Below, piece after piece: positions 51,444-64,000 of a stretch of DNA of 64,000 nt. The position numbers were made by a program, and so were the translations under genes. The stretch's first letter is position 1, and every line of letters begins with the position of its first letter. The notes under the pieces were generated by a model that ran no database searches, was not told the DNA's origin, and was given only the letters and a program-made list of their open reading frames with translations. Source of the DNA: Octopus sinensis (Eukaryota); the NCBI RefSeq assembly GCF_006345805.1, contig NC_043008.1, forward strand, positions 23,250,001 to 23,314,000, given 5' to 3'.

Positions 51444-51999
51444 ATTATTAGGTGCAGGAGTGGCTGTGTGGTAAGTAGCTTGCATACCAACCACATGGTT
51501 CCGGGTTCATTCCCACCATGGGTAAGTGTTTTCTACTGTAGCATTGGGCTGACCAAAGCCTTGTGAGTGGATTTGGTAGATGGAAACTGAAAGATGCCTG
51601 TTGTATATATGTATGTGTGTGTGTATGTTTGTGTCTCTTTGTCCCCCTAACATCACTTGACAACTGATGGTGGTGCGTTTATGTCCCCGTAACTTAGTGG
51701 TTCAGCAAAAGAGACCGATAGAATAAGTACTAGGCTTCCAAAGAATAAGTCCTTGGGTTGATTTGCTCAACTAAAGACGGTGCCTCAGCATGGCCACAGT
51801 CAAATGACTGAGACAAGTACAAGAGAGTATTAGTAATAATTATTATGCTTAGCAAACTTCTGCTCATCTTATGCTCCAGCCCTTATGCTCCCCGGTCTCT
51901 CATGGGTTCTCTATTCCCTTCCAGTTATCTTATAAGTTTCAAAATAACTGTAGATGTTCTCCAGAGATATTGGGATTTGTTATCATTTAGCTGAGGTAA

Positions 52000-52235
52000 G
52001 ATGGCAAGCTGGCAGAAGCGTTAGCACGCCAGGCAAAATGCTTTGTGGTATTTTGTCCATTTTCTGAGTTCAAATTCCACCAAGGTCGACTTTTGCTTTT
52101 TATCCTTTTGGAGTTGATTAAATAAGTACCAACCTAGATCAATTTCCAACCAGCAACCATTGGGAGTGTTGAAAACGACTACCCCCACCCCCCACCAAAT
52201 TTCAGGCTTTGTGCCTATAGTAGAAAGGATTATTT
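52000..52235 (+). mobile_element. tRNA-derived SINE (family C, same head as 42183-42396)
   Basis: GGCAAGCTGGCAGAAGCGTTAGCACGCCAGGC..GAGTTCAAATTCC..GGTCGACTTT head. Confidence 0.8.
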
Positions 52236-53108
52236 AGCTGAGGTAAAATTTGACTGTTACTCACCTGGGGGGGGGGATCAATAAAGTAAAGTATTTGTCA
52301 AATTGTCAATGTCATCATCTATCCTAGGCTTTGACAGTCCATTGGTGACACTTCTTTTGTGCCACCAATTACTGCCTACCCCCCCCCCCACACAACCTCC
52401 ATCCCTCATTCTCATCATCATCCCTTTTCACACTATTTTCACTGATTACTTCCTTTCTCAGCCTCCACTCATCTCCTCTCCTCCTCCACTGTACCCCATC
52501 TTAATACCTCTTATACCTGTTGCTGTGCCACACTCACTGTAGCCATCCTTATCTCCCTCTACATCTCCTGCTCCACTCTCCCTAAGCCATGGTCATCTTT
52601 CCCTACTTCCTGACCTCTCATCCCTGAGTAACCTCTTTCTCTCTCTCGCCTTAATCATCCACCCTCACTCATATTGATATCTCCCACCATGCTACACCTC
52701 CACCTGTTTCATCACTCACTACACTCATCTCTACCCCCACCTCTAACCATCTGTTACTCCTCCCCTCACATTCTCATAACCACACACCCTTCTCCTTTAC
52801 CCTCCTCATTCACTGACCATGTCCTCTCTTGTGCTCACTTCCTTGCTCCTGGACAGTTTACTCTGGAATTTTTTCACTACCCTCTTTATTTTCTTCTTCT
52901 CAGTTAATCCCACTCACCCTTATGAAATGCAGAGTGACCATCTCCTCTGTAGCATCAGTATTTCTCAACCATTTTACCATTGCATAACCCTTAAAATAAG
53001 TTACATGTCTCAAGGAACCCTTGCACAAAAAAAAAATTGTATACCATATCTTTTACATATTTTTTTCATCACAGCTCACGTGGTAAATATCATATATATA
53101 TATATATA

Positions 53109-53473
53109 TCTTTATATATAAAAGTGAGGTTGTGTGCTGTCTGTCTCCTACGATTTAGATTCCTAACTACTCCCACATTTTGCGGTGCAGTTTAACCAAA
53201 ACCGGGTATCTTATAGTCGTGATTCATATCGAGCCGTCTAATAAAAAAAAAATTACCATCAATTTTTCCCATTTTTAATGCATTTTTGGCATATATAAGG
53301 GAAGTAACACTCTAAAAATTTATTATTAAATCTCAGAACGTAAAAAGCTACAGTAACACCTCCCCCGCTTTGTGGTTAGCCATATTGTGATGGCTATTAT
53401 ACTTTACATCTCTAAAAATGCTTATATAGTTATTTCCCTTACAAACCTGAGCAACACCAAGCGATACTGCTAG
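53109..53473 (+). mobile_element. Short non-autonomous Helitron
   Basis: A|TCTTTATATATAAAAG start, CTGT microsatellite, degenerate 3' hairpin, end ACTGCTAG|T. Confidence 0.75.
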
Positions 53474-54713
53474 TATATATATATAAGATGCAGCACAATT
53501 TTGTCAGTGAACAGGTTGTGGTCTCAAAGCGACAAAAATATTTTGACAAATTAAATTTAAATGTTGAAGTGAATCTAACAGTTTTTGTGTGTTTCTTAAA
53601 TGGCTTATAAACACCTTCCACGCTGCAATTGTTACATATATATATATATATGTTCCTTTCTGTGGAAGAGCATAGGCTCGAAACGTTAAAGACTTTTTCA
53701 CTTCCCGACCATTATACTAATACATCTGTTTGTTGTCTACACCACCTGTCTTCGTCTTTTGTTTTTTTGTGAATTCTCCCGGCCCCCTATATATATATAT
53801 ATATATGGTTGTTATATATTTTTGACAACATAATAGGTTAGGTAGGATGATATCTATATTACAATATTATAATAACCAATGATATGTTGTACATCTATAG
53901 TAATATTGTTTGTTCCTACTTGAGCCATGCTTGGCTAATAAGGGCTGGTTTTCCAATTTCATTGGCATATAGGTTCCCCACCTGGGCTGGTCTGTGGTCT
54001 GTGGATGCTGGTCTGTTGCAGGTGAGCTGCTAAATGCAGGAGGAGAGAGTGAGAGAAAGTGGTGGCGAAAGAGTCAGCAGAAGTTCACCATTACCTTCTG
54101 CCGGAGCTGCGTGGAGCTTAGGTGTTTCACTCATAAACACACACATCACCTGGTCTGAGATTCGAACCTGCGATCCCTCGACTGCAAATCTGCTGCTCTA
54201 ACCACTAGGCCATATGCCTCCATGTATAGTAATATTACAATCATGAAATTAGCATTAGTTTATCTTACTTTTTCTTGGGGAACCGTTTGTGTAACCCTAG
54301 GGTTCTGGGGACCCCGGTTGAGAAACACTGCTATAAACCATCTCCTTTATAGCATCATACTTGCTCTTGTCCCTCTATCACACCTTAATCTCCCCACACC
54401 TGGCATAAAACCAACACCCCTTTCCTTAAAATAGTGCCCCCACCACTAAGTCAATGGGCCTTTTTCCCTTCCTTGTTCTGCTCGTGTCTTGCAAGTTACT
54501 TGGTTGCCTCACTAGTGCTGGTGGCATGAAACAAAGCACCCAGTACATGCTGTAAAGGGGTTTGCGTTAGAAAGGGCATAGAGGTGGAGAACGCATGACA
54601 AAGCAGGTACTGGAGCTTGATGCAGCCCTGTTGTTTGCTAGGCCCTGTCAAATCAACCCAACCATGGTGCCAGAATGGAAAATGGATGTTTAAACAATGA
54701 GGAGAAGGAATGA

Positions 54714-54774
<61 letters not shown>

Positions 54775-55036
54775 CACACATTAGGAAGGGTATCCAGCCA
54801 TAAAAACCCTGCCTAAACAGACACACTAGCCTGGGGCAGTCTTCTACCGTCCTACCCCTGCATGCATGAAAAACAGATGTTAAACAATGGTAATGATGAT
54901 GATGATGATGACAACGATGAGACACATACATGCACACACCCACACACACATAGATGCACACATACACATATATAGATGAACACATGCACACATATATAGA
55001 TGCACGCGTGCGCTCACACACACACACATGTATATA

Positions 55037-55442
55037 TCTACAATATAAATTGGACATGGGCAATCGTTGTATTCTTTCTTGTCTTGAGATCCACAGCCAA
55101 ACGGCTGGGTGGATTTGCGTGAAAAATGGCACACATGTGGAGATGGGTGCATAGATTGGAATGTGGTTTGTATTTTTTCCTAGCCTCCAGACTTACTGAG
55201 AAAATCGATTAAAACTTTTTCTAATGGAATTCTCCTCTTTCTTCCACCATTAAAACAACCAGAAGCTGTTTTCTGATGGGGTGGGGTCAGGAAATTTTCA
55301 TATAGCTGGAGGCTTCAATCGAAACAGGGGACCCAAAATCATAAGGTTGAGAAACGCTGTTATAGATTATATTATGCCTGACCGAAAACAATCACAGCCA
55401 CATCATCCAAATAGACCGGGTGAAACCGGGCTTAGCTGCTAG
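55037..55442 (+). mobile_element. Short non-autonomous Helitron
   Basis: A|TCTACAATATAAA start, hairpin-like ACCGGGTGAAACCGGG, end GCTGCTAG|T. Confidence 0.7.
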
Positions 55443-55689
55443 TAATTACTATTACTATTACTATTCACAGTTATTTCAATTGTCTTCCCAGCCAGTCAAA
55501 AATAAGGTTTTGAATTGACATTTAAACACGGCTGACTCCTGATCAGCAAAGTTTGTGACGAAAAAAAAAAAACTAATGATGGATACCATACCCTTGTTCT
55601 TAGAAGAGTAAAGCCTATTTGTGGTCAGTCATTTCCAGTCTTCTATATTCAACAATCTCACCAGATTGATAACTAGAATTACTAGACTA

Positions 55690-56450
55690 CTGTCCATGTA
55701 CTTTGGGAATACAACTGTTTCATGTGATCCAAAGCAGGATGAACTGGCCTACCTAAACAGTATCTTGGAGGAGAAGTAGGTATCATATCTACGAAAAGCA
55801 CTGCATGGGTACATATCCCATAAGCTACTGGTAGGATGAGTAGTGTCTCCTGAGCCTGCAATAGATACATTACATCCCATCTAGAAGGATATACCTTCAC
55901 TATCCAGGAACAAAAGGTAGCTACTAAACACCTGATAGATAAGAGGGACAAAGATACCACCAAACTTCCATGTCATAGGACAGGGGAACAAAAGTCACGC
56001 ACTGTTTGTTGAGGTCAGCTGCATGGTGGAATTGAATGTACAGTCAAAAGTCCAGGAAAAACAGAACATTTATGGTGAATTAATGTTGAACTTACAGCTC
56101 TTGTAGTCTGACTATGAATTCTCCTTTGTACCTATCATCATAGGGATATTAGGTCATGTACCAACAAATTTGCACAAAAACCTAGAAACACTTGGTATCA
56201 TGAAAAAAAAAAAAAAAGAGACTGACACAGATTCTCCAAATCCAATCTACTAGTGGCACAGTGAAGATTTGTGAGACATTCCAAAAATTCTCCATTTGAG
56301 ATTCTTATGTAAATAGATGCACACACTTGGGTGTATGTATCAAGAGTTCAACCAATACACTGACTCAACTGCATATTTACAAACAGCAGGAACCTACTTA
56401 ACTCAAAAAGTCTTGACATTTTGTTAGTGACAGCTTGAACCCTCTCAAGA
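55690..56450 (+). mobile_element. R4/Dong-type LINE 3' fragment with restriction-like endonuclease
   Basis: KALHGYI, HLEGYTFTIQEQKVATKHLI, FVEVSCMVELNVQSKVQEKQNIYGEL..VPIIIGILGHVP..GTVKICETFQKF. Confidence 0.75.
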
Positions 56451-57443
56451 ACTTAAATAAAACTCAAAGAAAAATCACACACACACACACACATACGCAC
56501 TCATACATGCTTAGTGATTGCTCCATCTTCACAGATGATTGCAATATCCTTGTGCTTCCTCATTGTCAATGGCATTTCTGACATTCTGTCCATGGCTTCT
56601 CAGATGACTTCAGTCCCACTCCAGATCTACATGGTTTGAAGCATAAGTGACTGATGAAAGTTGTAACTTCCTGTGCACTTCCAACTAGTTAGGTCTGCAC
56701 TTGTCATCACTCTTCCATCATCAAAGGACTTTCACAAGATGGAATGACAAATGAGAACACCGTAAAGAGAAATCAGTATGTCATTGGATTATAGTAATAA
56801 ATACTTGTAGAACACAGGTATCACTCTCTGAGTCTCCATGATTAGTACCTAGTGACAGGTTAAAGTAAAATGACCAGTAATCAAGTGAAACCTCAGGTTT
56901 TACATCAGTGTGACCCTCTTCTAAAAGGGTGCTATGACAATAATTAAGCATCTTTCACTCCTGGTGGTTTTTCTGCATACCCTGACACCAACCGGGGATA
57001 TTTCTGCATCCTCACACTCAGTTGGATAATTATCACATATGTTAGTCAATCCATAGCCAGGAACTTGACAGGGATTACTACTTGGGTCAGAGTAGACCTG
57101 GGAACAAGTGACCAAGAGGTGGTTCCATCCCCCTCAAAACATTGGAATTCTTGAAACAGAGCCCCACTATCTGATAGTTTAATATCATTTCCAGGACATA
57201 CATACATATATACGTGTGTGCATGTGTTTGTGTGTGCATGTGGATTAACAATCCAGGTGAAGTATTTCATATAGTCTCTGTAGATGTAGATATACCAGGC
57301 TAACAAATATGTCCTTTGTTAGATGTAGGGAACCACATAATTCAAACTCTCAAGCAGTCACCAATCAAATTTGTAAATCCACAGTGTGGTTTTTCAGTGA
57401 AATCGGTATAGTGTTATGAAGTGATATATAAAATATACACAGA

Positions 57444-58497
57444 CTAGCTTAAGGTGACCCACTCTATGCGCAGGTGATGTTTTGCTTGTTGGACCAATTT
57501 ATTAATGTAGCATTGTTTTATTGTTTTAAAACGAAAGAGGCAATGTGTTTATCTAAAAAAAAAAAAGACAAATGTCCGCCAATAATTGAAACAACAATCA
57601 TACAGTGAGAGGGGTGGTGGAAGAAAGAGTAACAGAGAGACGGCGAAGCTGTCAAACATAGTTATAGAAAGAAAGTGGAGGGAAGGGGGAAAAGAGAGAG
57701 ATCGAGGAAGAAAAAGACATACATTGAGAGAGGCGGTGGAGAAGAAAGAGAGACAGTGGAGGTGTCAAATGTTGTTATAGAGAGAAAGTGGAGGGAAGGA
57801 GAAAAGAGAGAGAGACGTAGAGAGAGAGAGTGACAGCACTGGCGAAAGTGGCGGAGGAAAGATAGTAGATGCTATCAAACGACATTATAGAGAGAAAGTG
57901 AAAGGAAGGGAAGAAAGAGAGAGAGAGATGGAGGAAGACAGGCAGATAATAGAATGAGAGTAGACTTGTGGTGGTGATGATAATAAAACTCTCTATGAAT
58001 GCAGACAGACGTAGAGAGAGAAAGCGAGAGAGAGTGACACCGCTGGCAAAGGCGATGGAGGAAAGATAGTAGACGCTATCAAACGACGTTATAGAGAGAA
58101 TGTGAAAGGAAGGGAGGAAAGAGAGAGATGGAGGAAGACAGGCAGATAAAAGAATGAGAGGAGACTTGTCAAAGTGTGCGTTTTTCACCCTAGCAATGAC
58201 ACCTTTTAAGATAGGGATTTCTAACCTAGCCCACTCGCATCCTCACCTCATTTTACATGTCTCCGTAAATTTTGGAGCCAATCCGACCCCATCTAGTGCC
58301 CCTTAACCCGTTCCAATGCCAAAACCAGACAAACTTTTCGCATTTCAGAATTATAATATAGAGACTAGATTAAGGTGACCCACGCGTAGAGCGGGTAAGA
58401 GTGTGGTATATATATAAATGTATACAAATTATATATATATAAATACAGATATATACACTTTGTATGTATACATTATATATACATATTTATATATAGA

Positions 58498-58532
<35 letters not shown>

Positions 58533-58975
58533 AATTAACCCAATAAATATCTGATTCATAATATTTGTTCTCATGATTGTGTGGTGGTGGTAGCGATGAT
58601 AATTCTCTCTATGAATGCAGACAGATGTAGAGAGAGAGTGTGAAAGCGCTGTCAAAAGCGGCAGGGGAAGATATAGGATGCTGTGAAACGACGTTATAGA
58701 GAGAAAGTGAAGGGAAGGGAAGAAAGAGAGAGAAATGGAGGAAGACAGATACATAAAAGAATGAGACGAGACTTGTCAAAGTGTGCGTTTTTCGCCCTAG
58801 TAACCACACCTTTTAAGATAGGGATTTCTAACCTAGCTCACTCGCATCCTTACCTCATTTTACATGTCCCTGTAAATTTTGGAGTCAATCTGACGGGATC
58901 TAGTGGCCTTTAACCCGTTCCAATGCCAAAACCAGACAAACAAACTTTTTGCATTTCAGAATTATAATATAGAGA
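57444..58975 (-). mobile_element. Two head-to-tail non-autonomous Helitrons (57444-58364 and 58365-58975)
   Basis: Both start TCTCTATATTATAATTCTGAAATGC on the minus strand and end GGGTCACCTTAA(G/T)CTAG. Direct CTAG|TCTC junction at 58365/58364; outer A|..|T. Confidence 0.88.
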
Positions 58976-59817
58976 TAATAGATTTTATGCAAATATTAAA
59001 GGCTTATATATGTTTCTGATAAATATTGAAGGTGTCTAGTTCCATAGTTCAATCATATTGATAAATCAATTCCTAATTGTTCTACGGAAAAAATAGAGAA
59101 CAGTCCCACACCTTTATCTTCCCCAGAGCCACAATAAACTGACTGCCAAAAGAAAGGAATTTGATCAAAATGGCATTATTTGAAAACGAAGTCATTTTAA
59201 GCAAATAGCTGACCAGTGCCACAAAGGCAACAGAGAAGGGGAGCTGTAATATAATAGGTATCACAGAATTGTAAATTTGACCATGAAATGAATTGAAATC
59301 TGATATCTTCCTATATTACTTGGGTTGTTGCAGTCAACTGGGAATACTGCATTAAAAATTACTACTACATTTCGGAATGTTAGTGGAGGGGAAGGAGTTA
59401 TATGTTGTGACAAAAACATGGGGACAAATTGAAGACTTGCTGAATTACTTAAACAGAAAGAAAAATTCACTATTGACTCTATATTAAGATAATCAGTTTC
59501 CAGTTAATGATACAGATAAACAGAATTCATAAAGAAACCATAATATTATATAATATAGTAACAGGAGGAAAACTAAAATGACAGTGCTTTAAAAGGTGGT
59601 TGAAGGAGATTAATATAATAAATAGAAAAACATAAGAAAATTTGAAATGAAAGAAAATGAGTAGGAAATTCTTTAGAATCCTAACTAATTAAGTATGCTA
59701 TTAGCACTAAAGTATTTGACCAGGAAAGTATGCTGGGGTTACAATATCAGGTTATAAGGGAAAGGAAAAGTTCATGATACTAGTAGAGTATCACCGTCTC
59801 CCATTATAATTATTTTC

Positions 59818-60469
59818 TGTCTTAAGGATGGCGAAAGAAGAAGCTCACAAGTGGATGCAATTCAATAATCGTTTATTGTGATTCCCGATCTTGCGTCCCG
59901 TTCTAGGTGTCCATCTTCATGGCAGCGCCTGGCGGGATATCTCCACTCACGTGAGGTACATTATCTCTGAAGAATAACATATGTGGTTGGAGCGGGTTAG
60001 AGTCCGCTGTAGCTGCCTGCTTTGTAGTGTCCCTCAGCATAAGCAAGCTTGAGAAGACTTAGGGATTTAATGTCTTTTGTACCTGCTTAAATAGCCATTA
60101 TCGAGGAGAGCCTCGTTGTGGTAATGTGCATAGCAACAGGTGTACGTGAAATCTCGCTCTTGTCTCGGATAAGATAATGGCTGCCAGTGAGATCTCGTAC
60201 AAAATGATGCTGGCTACTTGTGCCATGCTACAAGGGCTCACCCCTGAGAACACTAGTGCGAAATTAGAATGACCGGAGCAGATACAAGAAAACAAAGATG
60301 GCCACTGATTGCAAACAACAGAATGGTGCAAAATATAATACAAAATGTAATAAGTTGAGAAGAATAATTACAAGCAATATATAAGAGGGGCATGCACAAC
60401 ATTTTTGACAAAGTTCAATGGCAAGGTATTGGAATTGTTCAGAACACAAGAAAACAATTGTCTGTCACA
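59818..60469 (-). mobile_element. Probable 3' LTR of the Gypsy element
   Basis: Minus strand runs TGTGACAG...TTAAGACA (TGT/ACA), with AATAAA near its end. Lies directly downstream of integrase; the PPT is degenerate. Confidence 0.6.
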
Positions 60470-63400
60470 GGAAAAAAAAAGGTTAGATGTAAATAGTTCT
60501 GGTGAGTATTTTGGACCAATGCACAGTGTGGCCTATCCTGGTGACATAGGGTTTGTTCATGTTAGGTAGTGGCAATGAAGGTGGAGGTGTAAGTGATGGT
60601 GTGGTCAAAGGTGCATGTGCAGGTGGGTGTAAAGGATGAAAAGTGGGCGTGGCTGTCATTGAAGGGTGTGGACACCTCAAAATGTGCCCTTTTAAGTCTG
60701 TTGACTGACACTGTCTCTGCCTGACCATTGATGTCGAGACTAAAAGTTTTGGGTGTGCGCGATAGCACACAAAATGGTCCTTTATAAGGAGAAATGAAAG
60801 GTCCTTTGACAGAATCATCTTGAACAAAAACATGAGTCCATTTGTTAATGTCTGGTGGGACATGAGAAGGAATAGACTGGTCACGCGGATGCATCAGTGG
60901 AAGACTTGAGAAATACGAGTGAAGTCTGGTGACATACAGCATTGGATCAGGATGCGATGAATTGTCTGGCTCCAACATTGTACCAGGGAATGCCAGGATG
61001 GTACTGTAAAGGAGTTCAGCAGAGGAGAAACCTGAGTCTGCTTTAACAGCAGTGCAACAACCAAGAAGAATGATAGGTAGCAATTCTGTCCAAGACTGTG
61101 GATCAGAAGTGATGTGTAGAGCAGCCTTTAGTTGCCAGTGAAAACGTTTAACCATCCTGTTGGAAGCTGGGTGGTAGCTGGTTGTACGAATGTGATGAAT
61201 GCCTAGGATTTGTGACAATTCACGAAATAAGGAAGCTTCAAACTGGCGTCCATGATCAGTGGTTATTTTAGCTGGGATACCAAAGCGAACAATCCAGTTA
61301 AAAATGAAAGCTCGAGCAACTGACTCAGCGGAAATGTCCACCATTGGAATGGCTTCAGGTCAATGAGAGATTGATTGACACATGTCAATATGTAAGAGAA
61401 ACCATGACTGACACGCTATGGTCCAACCAGATCAATATGGACATGGTGAAAGCGAGTGTGTAGCAGAGAAAACTGTCCAAGCGGAGTGCAAATGTTCCTG
61501 TGGACTTTAGTACACTGGCATTTCACACAAGAGTGTGCCCAAGCAGTGATCATACGGTGCATATTAGGCCAGAAAAGCCGAGCCGTAATAAGCTTCACTG
61601 AGGCAGCGATGCCAGGATGTGATAGTGAAGGCAAGGCATCAAAAACAGAACACTGGTGGTTCTCGGGTACAAACGGTCTAGAAGAACCAGTAGCTGTGTC
61701 ACAAAGGCTTGTGTCTTTAGCAGACGGAAATGGAAAATAGGCACACTTGCAACAGGATAGCTTAGTGGAAGTTAGATCCAATGTGTCCAGAGTTGGCTGA
61801 TCCTGCGCAATGGCAGTTAAATTGATGGCAGCAGGAGATGAAAGAGAACATACAGGGAGACGAGCGAGTGTGTCAGCAGGCATGTTCTCTGTTCCAGGTA
61901 TATGCTGAATGTCACTTGTGAACTGGGAAATGTAGTCCAGGTGACGAAAAGTGTTTGTCTGATTTAGATGACAGAGCAAACGTAAGAGGCTTGTGATCAG
62001 TATAAATCACAAAATCCTGGCCCTCGAGTTGATGTTGAAAGTGACAAATCAACAGGTAGATCGCTAAGAGTTCATGATCAAACGTACTGTAATGATGCTC
62101 AGCTGGCTGTAATTGACGAGGAAAAAATGCCAAAGGCTGAGTTTGAATTTTGATGGTATGTTGTAAAACAGTACCAACTGCAGAATCTGATGCATCAACT
62201 GTTAAAGAGAGATGAGCATCAGGAACTGGATGTGCAAGCAAAGGATCAGAAGCTAGTTCCTTCTTGATTGACTCAAAAGAAGATAATGCCTTGGCAAATA
62301 GAGTGATAGGAGCATTCTTTTTTGTATTTGCTTTCAGTAGTTGAGTCAAGGGAAGTAACTTGTCTACACATTTATGTATGAATCTCCTGTAGAAGTTGAC
62401 AATTCTCAAGAAGTGACGCAATTGGCATAGAAAAGTGGGAGGTGAGATGCATTGAACTGCATCAACTTTGGAGGAGAGAGGTTGGATACCATTAGAGTCG
62501 ATCTAAGAATTCCAGAGGGGTCTATCCGAAAACACACTTATCGGGGTTGATTCACATATTGTAGGTGCGAAGATACTGAAAAAGTTGAGATAAGTGTTAG
62601 AGATGATTTTTATGCGCAAATCATTGACGTAAGCAAACACAAAGTCAAGTCCATGGACAACTTCATTAATAAATCTCTGGAATGTGCTTGTTCCACAAGC
62701 TGAAGCTCATAAACAGGAACTTGAAACTTCCAAAGGGGGTGGTAACGACAGTTTTGGGAATGTCATCAGGTTCATTGGAATTTGATGACAAGCTCAGATG
62801 AGGTCAACCTTGGAAAAAAAATGGTACAATCATGCAAGTTTGAAGAAAAATCTTGGAGTTTCTTTATAGGATAGTGATCAGAAACAGTGACTGCATTTAA
62901 ACGTCTGTAATCCCCCACCAGGCGAAAGTTTGAATCCCCTTTCCATGCCAAATGTAGAGGAGATGCCCAAGAGCTGGTGAAGGGGTGAATTAGGCCGAGT
63001 TTAAGCATTTGCTCAAACTCAGATTGAGCCTTTTTGAGCTGATCAGGAGTGAGTTGCCGTGGACGTGAAAAGATGGGTGGTCCAGAAGTAGTGATATAAT
63101 GACGAGTCGCGTGTGTGACTTTGATTTGAAAGTCGGATTCACCAGCTCTGGGAAAGAAGCTAAAAGGGAGTGGAACTGGTCACCAGCAGTGGTGACAAAA
63201 AATGATGGGCTGAAAACAGCATTAGTAGTAACCCGAGTAGGCGTAAACAAAGATGTAGAATCGTCCACAAGTCTCTGTTGCCTGACATCTACTAAGTGAA
63301 AGTATTTTAAGCAGTCCATGCCCAGAATGGGATATGGTAGATCTGCTATAACAAAAACCCACCTAAAATCCCTTCGAAGATTGAGATCTAGGTGTAATGA

Positions 63401-64000
63401 CACCTGACTGTAAGTTTTTATCAGGGATAGATTCAGGGATAGATTGCTTCAGCTTGTCTAAAGTAAAATGCAAAGGTCAAATAGATCAGCTGGATCTGGT
63501 GTCAACCATGAACGATTTGTTAGACACACGATCCTTAATAAAGAATGCATGATGAGATGAAAATTTGAGGGAAGTATCTGATGTGCTCAAATCTTCTGTA
63601 ACTAGTTTCCCGACAACTTGAATGAATAGGGCTGGATGCAATGATGGGCTTTTTCTTTGAATGTGGCATGGTACCAGCAGAGGTTGGAAACCATTGGAGT
63701 AGATCTAGACAACCATGACTTAGAACTGCTTCTGCTGCAAGGATGATGAGAGCTGGCATGTTCTCACCACAATGTGTCCATGCGATGTGCTAATGCATTA
63801 GCTCTCTCCAAAATGCCATCTTGTGATGAGGGAGAAAACCTAGTGATAGTAGGAGCTACTACAGTGTCCAAACAGGTATGATGAAGTGCGGGCTGTACAG
63901 TGAACTCTATGATCTTGTCTGCCATGGTGGCTATCTAGTCAAGTGAATTTGAGTCGACTGCTGTGGCCAGTATAGATTGAACATTTGGCGGCAGCTGAGA
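60470..64000 (-). mobile_element. Ty3/Gypsy LTR retrotransposon internal region (gag part, PR, RT, RNase H, IN), decayed
   Basis: Order PR-RT-RH-IN: LVDTR, PILGMD, WASPLH..GDYRRLNAVT, DAS..PLAFF..YSTFDHELLAIY, TDHKPL, HPG..C..C, HIDLVGP, TTSYHPASN, PYKGPF. Runs off the window end. Confidence 0.93.

Noticed and set aside
50401-51474. 357-aa P/Q/S/A-rich ORF
   Set aside because: It is a by-product of the stop-poor GCCA satellite. The unit of about 71 bp is not a multiple of 3, there is no splice context, and it runs into a SINE.
51925-52000. AG..GTAAG bounded segment as a possible exon
   Set aside because: Stops in all three frames and no similarity to IQCH that I can see.
59000-59760. Possible decayed coding sequence before the LTR
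   Set aside because: No motif I can assign with confidence; possibly an old LINE remnant.

Overview
AT-rich eukaryotic genomic DNA, very probably from an octopus (inferred from recognisable tRNA-SINE and RTE-tail families and dense (TA)n tracts). The only host-gene sequence I can support is one clean 228-bp coding exon (23267-23494, +) of an IQCH orthologue. The rest is intron-like DNA filled with retro- and DNA transposons. These are: at least three Penelope-like element (PLE) families, two of them with the cysteine-rich C-terminal GIY-YIG typical of the Hydra clade; RTE, CR1 and R4/Dong-type LINEs; a Ty3/Gypsy element with its 3' LTR; Tc1/mariner and piggyBac derivatives; many SINEs; and at least seven non-autonomous Helitrons. 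The most interesting structure is a recurring set of fold-back (inverted-repeat) mini-insertions, most of them in or next to (TA)n tracts. One carries an apparently intact type I hammerhead ribozyme (13679-13742), and in two others the inverted arm starts within a few nt of a hammerhead-like cleavage position. Also notable are a three-copy Helitron family carrying a chimeric cargo (LINE ORF1-like piece plus PLE UTR pieces), a near-perfect 317-bp-arm palindrome, and a GC-rich (GCCA-based) satellite with strand switches. All family assignments come from motif recognition without database searches, and many boundaries are approximate.
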